Part shown: piece by piece, positions 1-12,629 of the stretch
Numbering within the stretch: the first letter of the stretch is position 1
Layout of the letters: each line of letters begins with the position of its first letter
NCBI RefSeq assembly: GCF_009914755.1
Contig: NC_060928.1
Length of the DNA stretch: 64,000 bases
Source: the human T2T-CHM13v2.0 reference genome, Homo sapiens
Direction: 5' to 3' (one strand)
Program-made: the position numbers and the translations under genes
The notes under the pieces: generated by a model
Database searches by the model: none
Told to the model about the DNA's origin: nothing
Seen by the model: the letters and a program-made list of their open reading frames with translations, nothing else

Positions 1-1477
1 AGGTAAAAACTATTTGTATTAACATTAGCACTAAGTTCTGAATGCCTAGCAAGGATATGGACTATAGAAGTTGTGCAACAACTATTTCTTGTATAAATAA
101 ACTAATTCATTAATGAATGAAGTCACTGAACCTTCTGTACTTCAGTTTTCTCGTTGAAGCATGAGGGTGATATATACATATCTTGCCTACCTTGATATAT
201 CATTAGAAGTCCCTGGGAAATTACAGCTCAGGTGGAAGAAAATTATTTTAAGAAGCGATAAAATTTAAATTCAGTTGTCATGATCCACAGAACATTGCTC
301 TGCTTTACAATGGCACTCTGTTAAGCCTTGATTGATTTTTCAGGATAGTTGAAGGAAAAGAAAGCAGGGATAACATTTTGAAAGCACTAATTTACAAACC
401 ACTGTTGTTTACTTTTCATCATCTATGTTACTGGAACAGAACAAAGATATAGATGGTACATAATTCAACAGTCATGTGTACTTGGCATTAGAATATGTTT
501 TTGTACTTTTATTTGAATGGAGGGTTGTCTGGTGTTCTGGTAATTGAACTAAACCAAAATAATGAAGTTATAATGATGACATCAGGTTCCGAATTTCCTC
601 ATCTTAGGTCCCTGCAACTTAATCCATACAGACTCACATTGCTCTGGAATTAGACCACCTTTTTTTCTTCCCTGAATGAAGAAACCATTTATTTAACAAA
701 ACTTAGGGGAATACCTATTTTGTGACTGACACAGGAATAGATAATGAGTATATTCAACCTAGTTGAATGGAAGAAACAGACATATACAATATCCACACTA
801 CAACGTGATGAAAACTAGAGTCCCTTGCTACTTCCCCTCCTAGCTAGAGATAACTTTGCCTCCAATGACACAGGTTCTTGAAAGCTATCAGATAATAAAG
901 CATAGCCTGTTCTTTTTCACTTCAACTGCTGAATAACTGGAGAGTTTCAATTGCTTTTCTTTAAATACTCAGGTAATGAAAAATAAAAACAAAAAGAACG
1001 CAATGACGGAAGTCTTCCAATTGTCTCCAGAGTTGAGGAATATAGTTAGATAAACAATTCACCATCAGAATAATTTTTAAATTGACTGTGTTTTTCACTC
1101 TATAATCCAGTTGCTGACCTTTCCAGTGCTTGGTCTTGACAATTTTCTGGCTCAGTAGTGGGGTTAGCTGGCTAAGACCCTGCAGCCTGCAATAGAAAAT
1201 AGTCTCTCAAGAGAATGAGAGCTTATGGCGTATTTAATTTGACAATATTCAGAATAGACCAAAGTCATTAATTGTAAATATATATCATCATGCAATACAG
1301 AACCTTCCTCCTAGTTCACTCATTCAACAAATCTACTGCATTTTCCAGGCAACAATTGGTTACATTAACGACCTTTATGTTTAAGCTTTAGTTAAATCTG
1401 CCATTAACATCTAGGGTTGTCTAATTTTTTAGTTAATCTAAGAAGACCACTATCACAAATCTCAGGAAAGTTACTTT

Positions 1478-1882
1478 TGCTAAAAGAAAAACTTTCAGCA
1501 AATTAAATTTAACAGAATTTAATTGAGTAAAGAATGATTTGCAAATCAGGCAGCCTGGAATAAAAATACATTCAGAGTGACTCCGGAGCTGCCACGTGGT
1601 CAAATAACATTTATGGACAGAAAAGGAAAACGGTGTACAGAAAATGGAAATGAATTACAGAAACAGTGAGTTGGTACCCGCTGCAGCTCTGCAATTGCCT
1701 TATTTGAACACATTTGAACAGTTGGCTGCTTGTGATTGGCTGTCACTCAGCTTCTTGTTAAAACAGTAGGTTACAGTTTGTTTAACATCATTAGGTTACA
1801 GTTCACTATTATAAGAAATCTTTAGGTCAAACTTAAAATATGTATGGAGGCAGCTTTAGGCTAAACGTAATTCAATTTAATA
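1478..1882 (-). mobile_element. Solo LTR, MER57-like (ERV1)
   Basis: Reverse complement of 1820-1882 reads ...GTTTAGCCTAAAGCTGCCTCCATACATATTTTAAG, matching my recollection of the MER57 LTR start; 4-bp target duplication CTTT at 1474-1477 and 1883-1886. Confidence 0.7.
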
Positions 1883-3039
1883 CTTTCTAATAGATATAAA
1901 GTCCTACTGGTGGGTTTTCTTCTTTAGTAAAGAAAAATGTCTTTTTATTCTAACTAATGATTTATGTACTTGGATTTTTTGACCAGATAAATAACAAGTA
2001 GTATAATTATTTTAGTATTAATGAGCCATGCAAGCTCTGTCTCATTCTACCAAAAAAGACAAATTTATTAAAAGGCAATAATTTTGTTTTCCTGCATAAG
2101 ACTATCATGAGTTGCTCAAGATTAAGTTAGCTAAAAAGAACTCTTCCATAATAAAAATTAATTGATAATACATTGTCAAAACACTTGTGATCCTGAACTA
2201 TTAGAGGGGAGTCGATATTAACAACAAAAAAACTACAAATAAACACAAAACTCCCATTATGAAGGAAATTTAAATAATAACAATGTGCAGAGAGTAATAG
2301 TTGTATTTTGAATATTAAAATATATAACAAAAACATTTTTCAATAAAAACATGTATTCACGGCTATTTTTTAAAATGTAGGATATCATGCTTTATACTTA
2401 TTAAATTATTTATTTCAAGCAACATGATCATATACAAATACATTTCATAGACACATGGAAATTTAGCAATTTTTTAAGGACTGCATTCAGTAAGTAGAGG
2501 GAGAATAACTGATGTTTTCAAGGTCAAATCTAAAGGAAACTAGCCCACATTTACTTAGCCCAGCATTGAGGAAGCAAAGAATTCTGCTAAGTAGGCTTTG
2601 AAGTTTTGCTTTTCAGACCTATGATTTCTAACAATTCTGTATTTCGCCCTTGAAGTAAAAATAATCACCCATTTATCCTTGACTTTATTAAAGATATTAA
2701 CTTTTATTCAGTTACAGTATCCAGTTTTATTCAATTAGAGTATCCAGTTTAAGAATTATAAAAGAGTAGAATAGAATTATTCTAGGAGAATTATTCTAGG
2801 AGAATTACTCATAACCAAACCAGAAGCCAGAAATGATCACAGGAAAACATTTCTCAGGGGATAATTTAATAACATTACTAAAAGTGTGGGAATCCATATA
2901 CCACCTAAATGATTAGGAAAGAGGTTATTAGCTAAGCCATTGTCTGAAACCCACTGAATCACTGGTCCTTTTTGAACAATGATTGGTCCTTTTTTTCTAA
3001 AGATGAGTTTTAAAATTTAAGAGAAGTGCCAAGCAGTAG

Positions 3040-3106
3040 AGCTGAGAGAGGAAAAGAACACAGATCTCGCATGGTTCAGATTTTTCTTTTTAGGTCCAGG
3101 AGTAAG
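3040..3106 (+). other. ODAM: ODAM exon 1 (5' UTR; 5' end approximate)
   Basis: Strong donor AAG|GTAAGA after 3106; TATA-like TTTTAAAA at ~3008-3015; a short first exon ahead of the signal-peptide exon is typical of SCPP genes. Confidence 0.7.
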
Positions 3107-3856
3107 GTAAGATATCAAATCTTTGCTTTTATAGTTTGAAGAACCAAAATCAGTGAAATCTGCAGGATAGACTATCAAGTTCACCCTAAATGCTTGATTA
3201 GGTCAATGATTTGAAGCAGGGAAAAAAGTTTCACATCTAGAAGACAAGAGAAATATACTTAAACAGGTTACACCATAAATCAATATCACAGTTCAGTTTT
3301 ATAATCTATTGCCATAAATTACAAAAACATTGACTCAGTTGCTTAGTTCTAGTATATTATTCTGTTATTAGACTACTAAGTGGAAATTATCTGGTATTGG
3401 ACTGGTATTGTCAAATCTCTATTGAAGTACTTTTCAACATAGACATTAAAATTGCTGCAGTAATAAGTCCCTAGTTGGTTAGCCTTAGTCATGACCTCCC
3501 ATGGTCTGATGGGCCTGCTCCTCTCCTTGTAGGGCAGCACTAGGAGGAGATCATCTTGTTCTTTAATGCATTCAACCACATCATATGTCTCCAAATGAGT
3601 ATTTTGTTCAAGCTAAAAGGACAAGCAAACAATCTTGGTTTTTATAAACAGCTTGTCTGAGAGAAAATAAAGAGTTATATCAGAAATTTACAAACATAAC
3701 TTTTTAAATTTTAAATTGCAAAATGTAAGTAAATACTATAGAATTCACCCAGCTATTCCTTTGATTGAACAATACTAATTATTTTGTCATGAATTTTAAG
3801 TAATGTCTTTATAAAGCTAAAGATCACAACTTATTTTCTAGATATATCATATGAAA

Positions 3857-6800
3857 ATGAAAATTATAATTCTTCTTGGATTCCTGGGAGCCACATTGTC
3901 AGCCCCAGTAAGTGATTTTATGGCACTACTAGTCCCATTGTGTTAAACCTTCAACAATCCCTTCTTTTTACTATTTCTGATTTTTTTTTCATTTTTACTT
4001 TTAGCTTATCCCACAGCGTCTTATGTCTGCCAGCAATAGCAATGAGGTTAGTTTAAATAATTAAAACAATCTCCTCCTTTTTTTAATGGAAATCAAGTGG
4101 GAAGAGATAGAAGTCGTCATTTAATTTATACTGTGTTCCTCACCACTAGCTTTTATGTATATCCAAGCACATTTCTAATGTCCATGTTTGATTATATAAC
4201 AGGTTACCTCTAAAATATTATTCTGCTTCCCTTGATTGATTGTTAATTCTTCAAAGGCGGATACAATATTGTTTATATCTTTTTGTTCTAATAACACCTC
4301 ACACAGGTGTATATAGGTGTTTAAAAACATAAAATGACTAAACCACTGGAATGTGCTAACGTTGTGCAATCTCATACCCAACAGAGGAGAGGTTGTTAAA
4401 TCCCAACCTTGTTTTAAATCTAACTTCTAATCACTGTAATTTAATGTAAGCCTAGTGAGAAAATGTCCCACTTCTAACAAGAAATTGAGCAACCAGCTAT
4501 GACTTGTGCTATATTTGCAGTAAACATTGTTCCTACTCATTTTAGTGTGTAGTAATCTTGATTTCATATTATTTTTCTTTTTCTAGTTACTTCTTAATCT
4601 TAATAATGGTCAACTTTTGCCACTACAACTTCAGGTACCTCCATTTCAATAATTACTTTATGGGGAATATTTACCTATTGCTCATTTATGTTATTTTGTA
4701 AGAAAACAAAATGTTTCCTGATCCTATTTTGGAAATCTCAGTTTTTAACATTATGAATTTGTCTCATATGTTCTAGTGGCCATTTGCTTGAAGATTAAAG
4801 TAAAAACTGTAATTTGAACAACACTTATTTATTGAGAACTTGGTATATGCCAGGCACTAATTCTCACAACTATGAGATAGTTAAAAGTAATTATTTTACA
4901 AAAAGTCATGCCCAGTTAACCAGTAACAGCAGGTTGGTGGGTTTAGGGTTAAGGCAGGGGAAAATACAGACGGTTTAAAACCAGTGTGGCATATGCAGAT
5001 GTTGGGCTCTTTTATCAACCTTATCCTGCCCCATATTTCTCATGGCCATCGGGAATTTAGCATTTGCTTCGTATTATTTGCTTGGTTCAAAATGAATCAA
5101 GATGCTGTCCTTTTTTATGTTGCAACATTGGAACTATAGAAATTGTTTGTATTTTGCCTCTTTCTTGCTCAGGACTAATTTTTAAATTCTTTTTGGCATG
5201 AAGGGAACATGCTTTCTTTCCTTTGTGTCTTTTTAGGGCCCACTTAATTCATGGATTCCACCTTTCTCTGGAATTTTACAACAGCAGCAGCAGGCTCAAA
5301 TTCCAGGACTCTCCCAGTTCTCTTTATCAGCTCTAGACCAGTTTGCTGGACTGCTCCCAAATCAGATACCCTTAACAGGAGAGGCCAGTTTTGCCCAAGG
5401 AGCCCAGGCAGGCCAAGTTGATCCCTTACAGCTTCAAACACCGCCTCAGACACAACCAGGCCCCAGTCACGTAAGTCAGGCCTCTTTCATTTTGTTCTGA
5501 GGAGAGAGAACTGCATGTTTAATCTGACAATGAATATGAATCAGCTTTGAAATAGGCAGAGGTTTTTGAACAATATTTTTTCTCATTATATGTTTCTACC
5601 ATCGCTGTAAGTTCTTTCTTTTATTTTCTGATTTCTAAGACAAAAAATATTTAAATCAGCTACTCTAGGATACAGCAACAAGCCAAAAAAGTTAAAAACA
5701 AGTCTAGGATAAGATAGGAAAACTTCAATAATAGGCAGTTTATGTCAGCACATGTAACGGATGACTTTTTGTTGTGGAAACTTGTTAACACAAAGGATAA
5801 ATTTATATGGCTAGCTCTAGGAAAAGCAGCTCAGGGATTTTTAAATAACAAAGTCAAGCATACATTTTTATATAATTCTTTTTTTTGGCAGGTGATGCCC
5901 TATGTATTCTCCTTCAAAATGCCTCAAGAGCAAGGACAGGTAAATGGATATAACAACACTGCCCATAGAGATGGCTACATACACTCTCCACAATGCTTTC
6001 TATTTCTAGCTCTGACTCCTATAGCAGGGCTATAAAAACCTATATAATGATATCACTGTCTAGATAACATCATTGCTGGGCTAGTATCAGTTTGTTGATG
6101 TTGGGCTCACTTAACAACTCCTTAAGGACAGGCAGCTAAGTAGAGTCTCCAGGACCCCTGAATTTCCAGGGCATTGCTATGTTGAGAGTAAAAGAGCTCA
6201 GTAAGCCCCAGGTCATGTCCTCTCTGCATCCAAAGTGCTGGAAGTTGGGAAAAACTCAAGAGAAATACCATGGGCTGACTTTATCCAAATTTAAATTTTG
6301 CTTCAGAAGGAGATGCACTAAGCTGATAATATATGATATGATGTAGAGATAAGAAACACTTGCCCATGTTATTTGGCTGTTATGAAATTCTGCTCAAAAC
6401 ATTTTAAGCTTCTTATACATTTCCAATTTGAATCCATATTACAATCAAATGGTAATTTTTTCCATTAAATAGGATAATCTTTTAAAAATGAATGCAAACT
6501 AGTATAATCATCATATTAATATGGAAAACCCTATAAATATCAGGATTATTAATTTTACAATATTCTGGGTTCAAAGAAACAGTATTATAAATAAATTATA
6601 TTACTCATCACAGAATATTGGCCTTTTCATAAAAAGTTACAGCATTTGACTCTACTGTAATTATAACTAAATAACTTTGTCCCACATCCACTCCCATTAT
6701 AAAACAAAAGTTACTTCTAGACATTATCTCATTCTATGACATAAGCATTTAAAGAATTAGATGTATAACTAGAATTACTTCATCTTAAGAATCAAGAAAC

Positions 6801-9800
6801 CTAGTCTTAATGAGATCAAATTCCTCATCCCATTGAAAGTAAATAGCTGAGTTGGAATATAATTCTCCACCCCTTCTGTCTCCTTTAACCATGAAACCAG
6901 TAGCTCTCCATCCTGGCTTTACATTAGAATCTCTGGTGTTTGAAAATTACAAACGTCTGAACCCTACCCCAGTGAATCAATACCCCATGAATAGATGTTA
7001 AGTTTGGTCATCTTCTAAAATGCTCAAATGTGAGTTTGATTCTTAGCCAGGATTAAGAATGCTTGCACAAAATATAATCCTCCTGAAACCCTAGTTGTTT
7101 TTTTTAACTTCATGTCTAATACAATCTCTTACTTTATGCAAATAAAAACAGCATACAAAAATTAACATATGTACTAAGATTCTCATTTTCTATGAACACA
7201 TACACAAATAAACAGACACAGACATATAAGTAGAAGGCAATGATAATATAAATGGAAGCCACATGGTAATGTAGGTGGGGAAGTTTCAGATGATTTCATT
7301 TGTTACTTGTCTATGTCTTGATTTACCAAATATCCTAAAATATATATGGATTATTTTAATAAAGTAGCAATTCTTAAAGGCAATACATTCATAGCATTTC
7401 ATTTATTATGGCAGAACATCTAATACCACATTCTGCAGAATGATGATTCTCAAAAATATAGGGTAAGTGCTACATAGGCTATCTTTCACTTAGGTATTTG
7501 CAAAGTAATTTGTATATAAAGTTTCTAAGATGTCCTTTGAAAAAAAAAAAAGCTCTTCTGCTTAGTTCAACCCACTATTTCCTAAATGTGTTTGCCCAAG
7601 CAACCTTAAAAACCAAGTCCAGTATTACCTGGGATACAAGTTGTTTCCAAAGTTTGGGAAGGGATTCTTCATCTATTTGCTTTGTATTTAATCATATAAA
7701 GCTGCTAGACATAAAACAGCTTTTAAATAAAATTGACATTAGAAGATAAAAAGTATGTCCTATGCTGATTTAATGGAATCTCTTGTATCCTTCTCTTTTT
7801 ACAAGTAGATGTTTCAATACTATCCAGTTTACATGGTCCTACCCTGGGAACAACCTCAGCAAACAGTTCCAAGGTCACCTCAACAAACAAGACAGCAACA
7901 GTATGAGGAGCAGGTACTGCAAATGTTTTATTTTAATCCTACTAGTTCCACTTGAAAATAGAGAAAATAAGGTATATTACCATAGAAAAAAAGTTTCTGA
8001 GTATATTTAATGCAAACACTCAACAGCATGAAACAGGTAGGCATAAGAGGGTAGGTATAGTGTTCTCGGCTATAAATCATTTGTGTAAACTTATTTGGTA
8101 ATATTCCAGGGCTGGATTTTTAGCCAATGAAATCAGTAAGTGGACTTCAATAGAATCAAGGCCAAAAAGCTGAATAACCTCGAAAAGTGAAGTTTTCTCA
8201 CATTTAAAATTTACTAGCATCCACCTTTCCACATATGTGTGTGTGGTTACTATTTAAAAATAATAAATGGCAAAAATATTAGCTACCTTGATGAAAGATA
8301 TATCTGATCACTGGATTTTGAGATACAATTAGATACCATTATATTAAATTTTGTGAAACTGCAATAAATTTTTAGAATTCTAACATAAATTCAGGTGGCT
8401 CATATATTATTAACATCCTTCCTGTTAGAATGAAAATGTCTTTTTTTTAGTTTAATCATAACTCTAAAACCTGGCATTACAAATTAGAGAAAACTCAGAA
8501 TTATGCTTTAAAAAACTGGTAGTATTAATTCTAATTGTCATGTTGCTTTAAAGGGAAAGAGAGAGTTTTATCCTAGAAATGATATGGTATTAAAAAGATT
8601 CTTGCTAATTTAACAATAATTAATTTTTAGTTACTGGAACATATAAACTTTAAAAATGCTTTTAACTTATATAAAAAGATATATAAGTTTAAGTAATCAT
8701 TTACTGCAAACTTACGACAAGAATAATCACAGAAAATATAATACATTTTTTAAAAAATCTGACAGATACCATTCTATGCTCAATTTGGATACATTCCACA
8801 ACTAGCAGAACCTGTAAGTAAATGCATATTTTTCATTAAAAATATTTTGAAACTACTTCCTTCATTGTCTACTAAATCTATCAATGCCCTTCAGCCAAAG
8901 ATGACCAGGAGAGCACCTCTAATTGAACAAAATTGTATGTATCCACTCAGTACAAGGAGGAGAACACACACGTGGGGATTCTTGGGTGTCTTAATAGGAA
9001 AGTATTAGAATGACTTCTCACATGATTTGGGCTTCTTTTAGGTAATTTGGGGAAGATTGCAAAGAAGTGGTTGTTCACTCTGCAGTGGCTATTCTCAAAA
9101 GTAGGGTAGCTCTATGATTATTTTAAAAGCTCATTTCTCTAAGGCAAGGATAGTGGAGCAAGGTGAAAGCTTTAATGGGTAAAGAAGCATCAGTCGCTCA
9201 TATTAGCCAAGATGTGAGAACACCTGGTATTTTCGTAACTTGTATGGTGACCTTACTTCAGACAAAATTTTGAAATTGTCTTGTTTTTTCCACCCCTTCT
9301 GATGTTGGTGTTCTGTAGAATTCTTTATGCTCAACAGGTAAGTACCTGGTCCTAGTAGAGAATGTTAGAAAGTAGCACTTTCAGAACAGAAGCAGAGGCG
9401 AGATGTCAAGCCAGTTCTCTAATAGCAAAAATTAAACTATTATTTCTGTTTTTAGCAAAATAATTTAAGAAGTTTGGGAGTGTTTTACTACTCTGGTACT
9501 CTGGGTGGCCAAAGAGCATATTTTCAACGATCACTGATTTAGACTTTTTAAAACTTTTTGTGTTTTTAGGCTATATCAGGAGGACAGCAGCAACTAGCTT
9601 TTGATCCCCAACTAGGCACAGCTCCTGAAATTGCTGTGATGGTAAGATTCCTTACAACACTTTGCCAGCTACTGGAAATCAACAATTGACAACTTACTGC
9701 ACTAATGTTCATTTTAATATCAACTCTGTTGTAATTCCATCAATAATTTTTGCTTCTTCTTCTTCTTACAATATTTTGCCAGTAAAGATTCAGTTCACTC

Positions 9801-10498
9801 TTACTCAGTTCATCAGTATTTTTAAGTATGCTATGCCAGGTACTCTTTGATGCACCTTTATTTAAAAGCAGATATTAAGAGACAATGTTTGCTGGTATAT
9901 ATTCATGGTCTTTTATGTAGCTTATAATCTAAAAATACTAATAATAGCAACTCTTTTTTTTAATATAATGCTTTTGTTACATCTCAATCCTGTTGCTTTA
10001 CATTCTTCCCAATTTTGGCCTTCTTGTTGAACTTACGACAACTTTGTTTTCATTCTCATTCTCTGTAGTCAACAGGAGAAGAGACACCATATTTACAAAA
10101 AGAAGCGATCAACTTTAGACATGACAGTGCAGGAGTTTTCATGCCCTCAACTTCACCAAAACCCAGCACAACCAATGTTTTCACTTCTGCTGTAGACCAA
10201 ACTATTACCCCAGAGCTCCCAGAAGAGAAGGTAGAGTCATGAAAACTTCACTTTATGCAAAAAAATTGTCTAATGAAAAAATACAGTGATAAAATTAGTG
10301 CTTTAATTTATAGGACTTAGTCATGAAATTAAGAAGATAACTAATGAAAAATATGTGGTCTTAACTCTGAATAAGGTGGCCAAAACTTGTTTTTGATAAT
10401 CAATTAATCAGAATATAATTTAATTTCAATTTAATAACAGTTTCTTATGAATGTCCTTTTCTCACTAGGACAAGACTGACAGCCTAAGGGAACCATAA
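3857..10498 (+). CDS. ODAM: Odontogenic ameloblast-associated protein, 279 aa, spliced
   Basis: Coding exons 3857-3907, 4005-4046, 4587-4634, 5237-5470, 5892-5939, 7809-7913, 8766-8813, 9570-9641, 10069-10230, 10469-10498 (TAA), all AG/GT bounded and phase 0. Translation [59 protein letters not shown]...DKTDSLREP matches human ODAM (signal peptide, SxE motif, Q/P-rich). Confidence 0.98.
6895..7070. mobile_element. MER5A-like hAT/Charlie MITE remnant
   Basis: Degenerate motifs ACATTAGAATC...CCCTACCCCAG...CCAGGATTAAGAA resembling MER5. Confidence 0.45.
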
Positions 10499-11487
10499 GA
10501 AGTTGCCCTGATCATTCAGACATTTTGGTAGGTATTTGCCAAAGTCAAGAATTAGGTGCCACGACAATTCCTACATAAGAAGACAAAAGAAAAAAGTTGG
10601 CAGAGGAGCTAATGGAGTTCTTACCAAAGTAGTTATAAAAACAAGTTAGCTATATATACCTATAAAATTAATAATAATTATGGACTTCAACAATTTTTAA
10701 AAACAAAATTAAATTTTGAGAATCATGTCTGCCTATAAGTTTGGTATACTCTCTGAAAACACAAATACTAGATATTCTAGGTCCATTGTAAAAGACATTC
10801 TATAGACACTCCATACAGAATCAATTCTCCCAAATCATCATTTCATTTTGCAAGTAAACATTGTAATAATTCCAATATATCTGTATTAGTTTGAAATTAA
10901 GTAAAAATCTCAAAATGATAAAGAAATTGTACAATGAAAAGAAAATTTCAAATTCCATGACTTTTATATCAGACATAATCTTGAACTAATTACCTGTTTT
11001 AATCAGCTTGGTTGGCTATGAGGCCACAATAGGAGTTTGATAGAAGGGCAGTCTGGGAACAGCACCAAAAAGTAAAAACACACACTGAAAAGCAAACAAT
11101 TTAACTTGAAGGGCAAACTAAAAGACAAAGTTTTTGAAATCTCCTCCCTGCTGCCTGTGAGCCTCTTTTGATCTCTCCTTCCATAAAAATGAGCACGCAG
11201 CATTCTTCAGATGAAAAAAGTTTATAAAAACACAACCGAGTGAACAGTAATAATACCTCTTTAGGAAAGCCTCCTTACTAATGTACTATATTGTACAAGG
11301 CAAATCAAGTTATTCAGTAAGAAATACTAAAGAGATTTCAGTATTTTTATGACCTTTTTTCTGTATGTATGAATGCCAGTGAAAGAAAAGCTTTCTATTT
11401 CTTTAATAAGCAATTTGTAAGATATCTAGGATGTTTTATGCAAAGCAGTCCAATGATATTAAAATGCTTTTCTATTATATTTTTCAG

Positions 11488-11890
11488 GGAAAAAGATGTG
11501 GCCATGCCTTGGATATAATTTTAGGCTATTAGCTTCCTCAATGCTAGTATCAGTTCTTTGGAATACATGAAATATCTTGACTCTTCTCCTAAATTTGTTT
11601 TTACTTATACATGTTATTAAACTCTTTAAATATGTCATAGAAAATAATACAATCATGTAATGAGTCTTGTCTTACAAAATTATATGTCTCTTCAAATATC
11701 CTATCATTGTATAATATGGAATATAATAACACAGAATAAAGCTAGTATCATTAAATCAATTGGATAATTGCATTAGTAAATGATGCCTCTGCAAAATGGT
11801 AGTACCCATGAAGATATGTATATTGTCATTGGATGTATGATGAGTGTTGTGATTGGAACTGATGAAGTAAAATAAGTATCTAGATTTGAC
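11488..11890 (+). other. ODAM: ODAM last exon (3' UTR; 3' end approximate)
   Basis: Donor TTG|GTAGGT after 10527, acceptor TTTTCAG ending 11487, AATAAA at 11735-11740. Confidence 0.7.
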
Positions 11891-12259
11891 ATGTCATCTC
11901 TTCATTTCCCTAAGGTCCATTTAGTCAGTTTCCTCCTGAGACATTCTCATGACAATCAAAATTATTTGGTGGCAGATATCATAAAGTGCTTATTCCTAAT
12001 ATGACACAGTCACATAGAGAGGTGTCTGTCCTTACTCAAAAGGATAGGAAAGTGTATGCTTGTTTGGGGGAGGCAGCATCCTGTAGAGAATAAGGTGGAG
12101 ATTTTGGGTTTCATCAGATCTGGCTTTCAATCTAGAATAATTTCTCTAAAATCAGCTTTGCTTACATTTGGTAATTCTCAAAACTTTCCCTACCAACTAT
12201 TCTCCACTGGATGTTTCCTATCTAAATAAAACAGCATTAGTTCAAGAATAAAATATAGA

Positions 12260-12544
12260 CTAACACAGGAACAGAAAACCAAACACCACGTGTTCTCACT
12301 CATAAGTGGGAGTTGAATAATGAGAACACATGGACACAGGGAGGGGAACATCACACACAGGGGCCTGTTGGGGGTGGGAAGCAAGGAGAGGGGAGAGCAT
12401 TAGGACAAATGCCTAATGCATGTGGGGCTTAAAACTTAGATGACAGGTTGATAGGTGCAGCAAACCACCATGGCACATGTATACTTATGCAAAAAACCTG
12501 CATGCTCTGCACATGTATCAGAACTTAAAGTAAAATTTTTAAAA
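12260..12544 (+). mobile_element. 5'-truncated L1PA 3' end (older L1PA)
   Basis: L1 3' UTR (GTTCTCACTCATAAGTGGGAG...CACCATGGCACATGTATAC...CTTAAAGT); 16-bp target duplication AAGAAT(A/G)AA(A/G)TATAGA at 12244-12259 and 12545-12560. Confidence 0.9.
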
Positions 12545-12629
12545 AAGAATGAAGTATAGAATCCATACATGACTTCAACTCCTCCATACATCTATATTCA
12601 ATCTGTCATCATAGCCTAATAGAGTAATA

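Noticed and set aside
5244-5453. 69-aa minus-strand ORF
   Set aside because: Antisense shadow of ODAM exon 5
8709-10041. 12-mer AACTTACGACAA upstream of two ODAM acceptors (8709-8720 and 10030-10041)
   Set aside because: Too short to separate from chance, at different distances from the AG, with no extended flanking similarity
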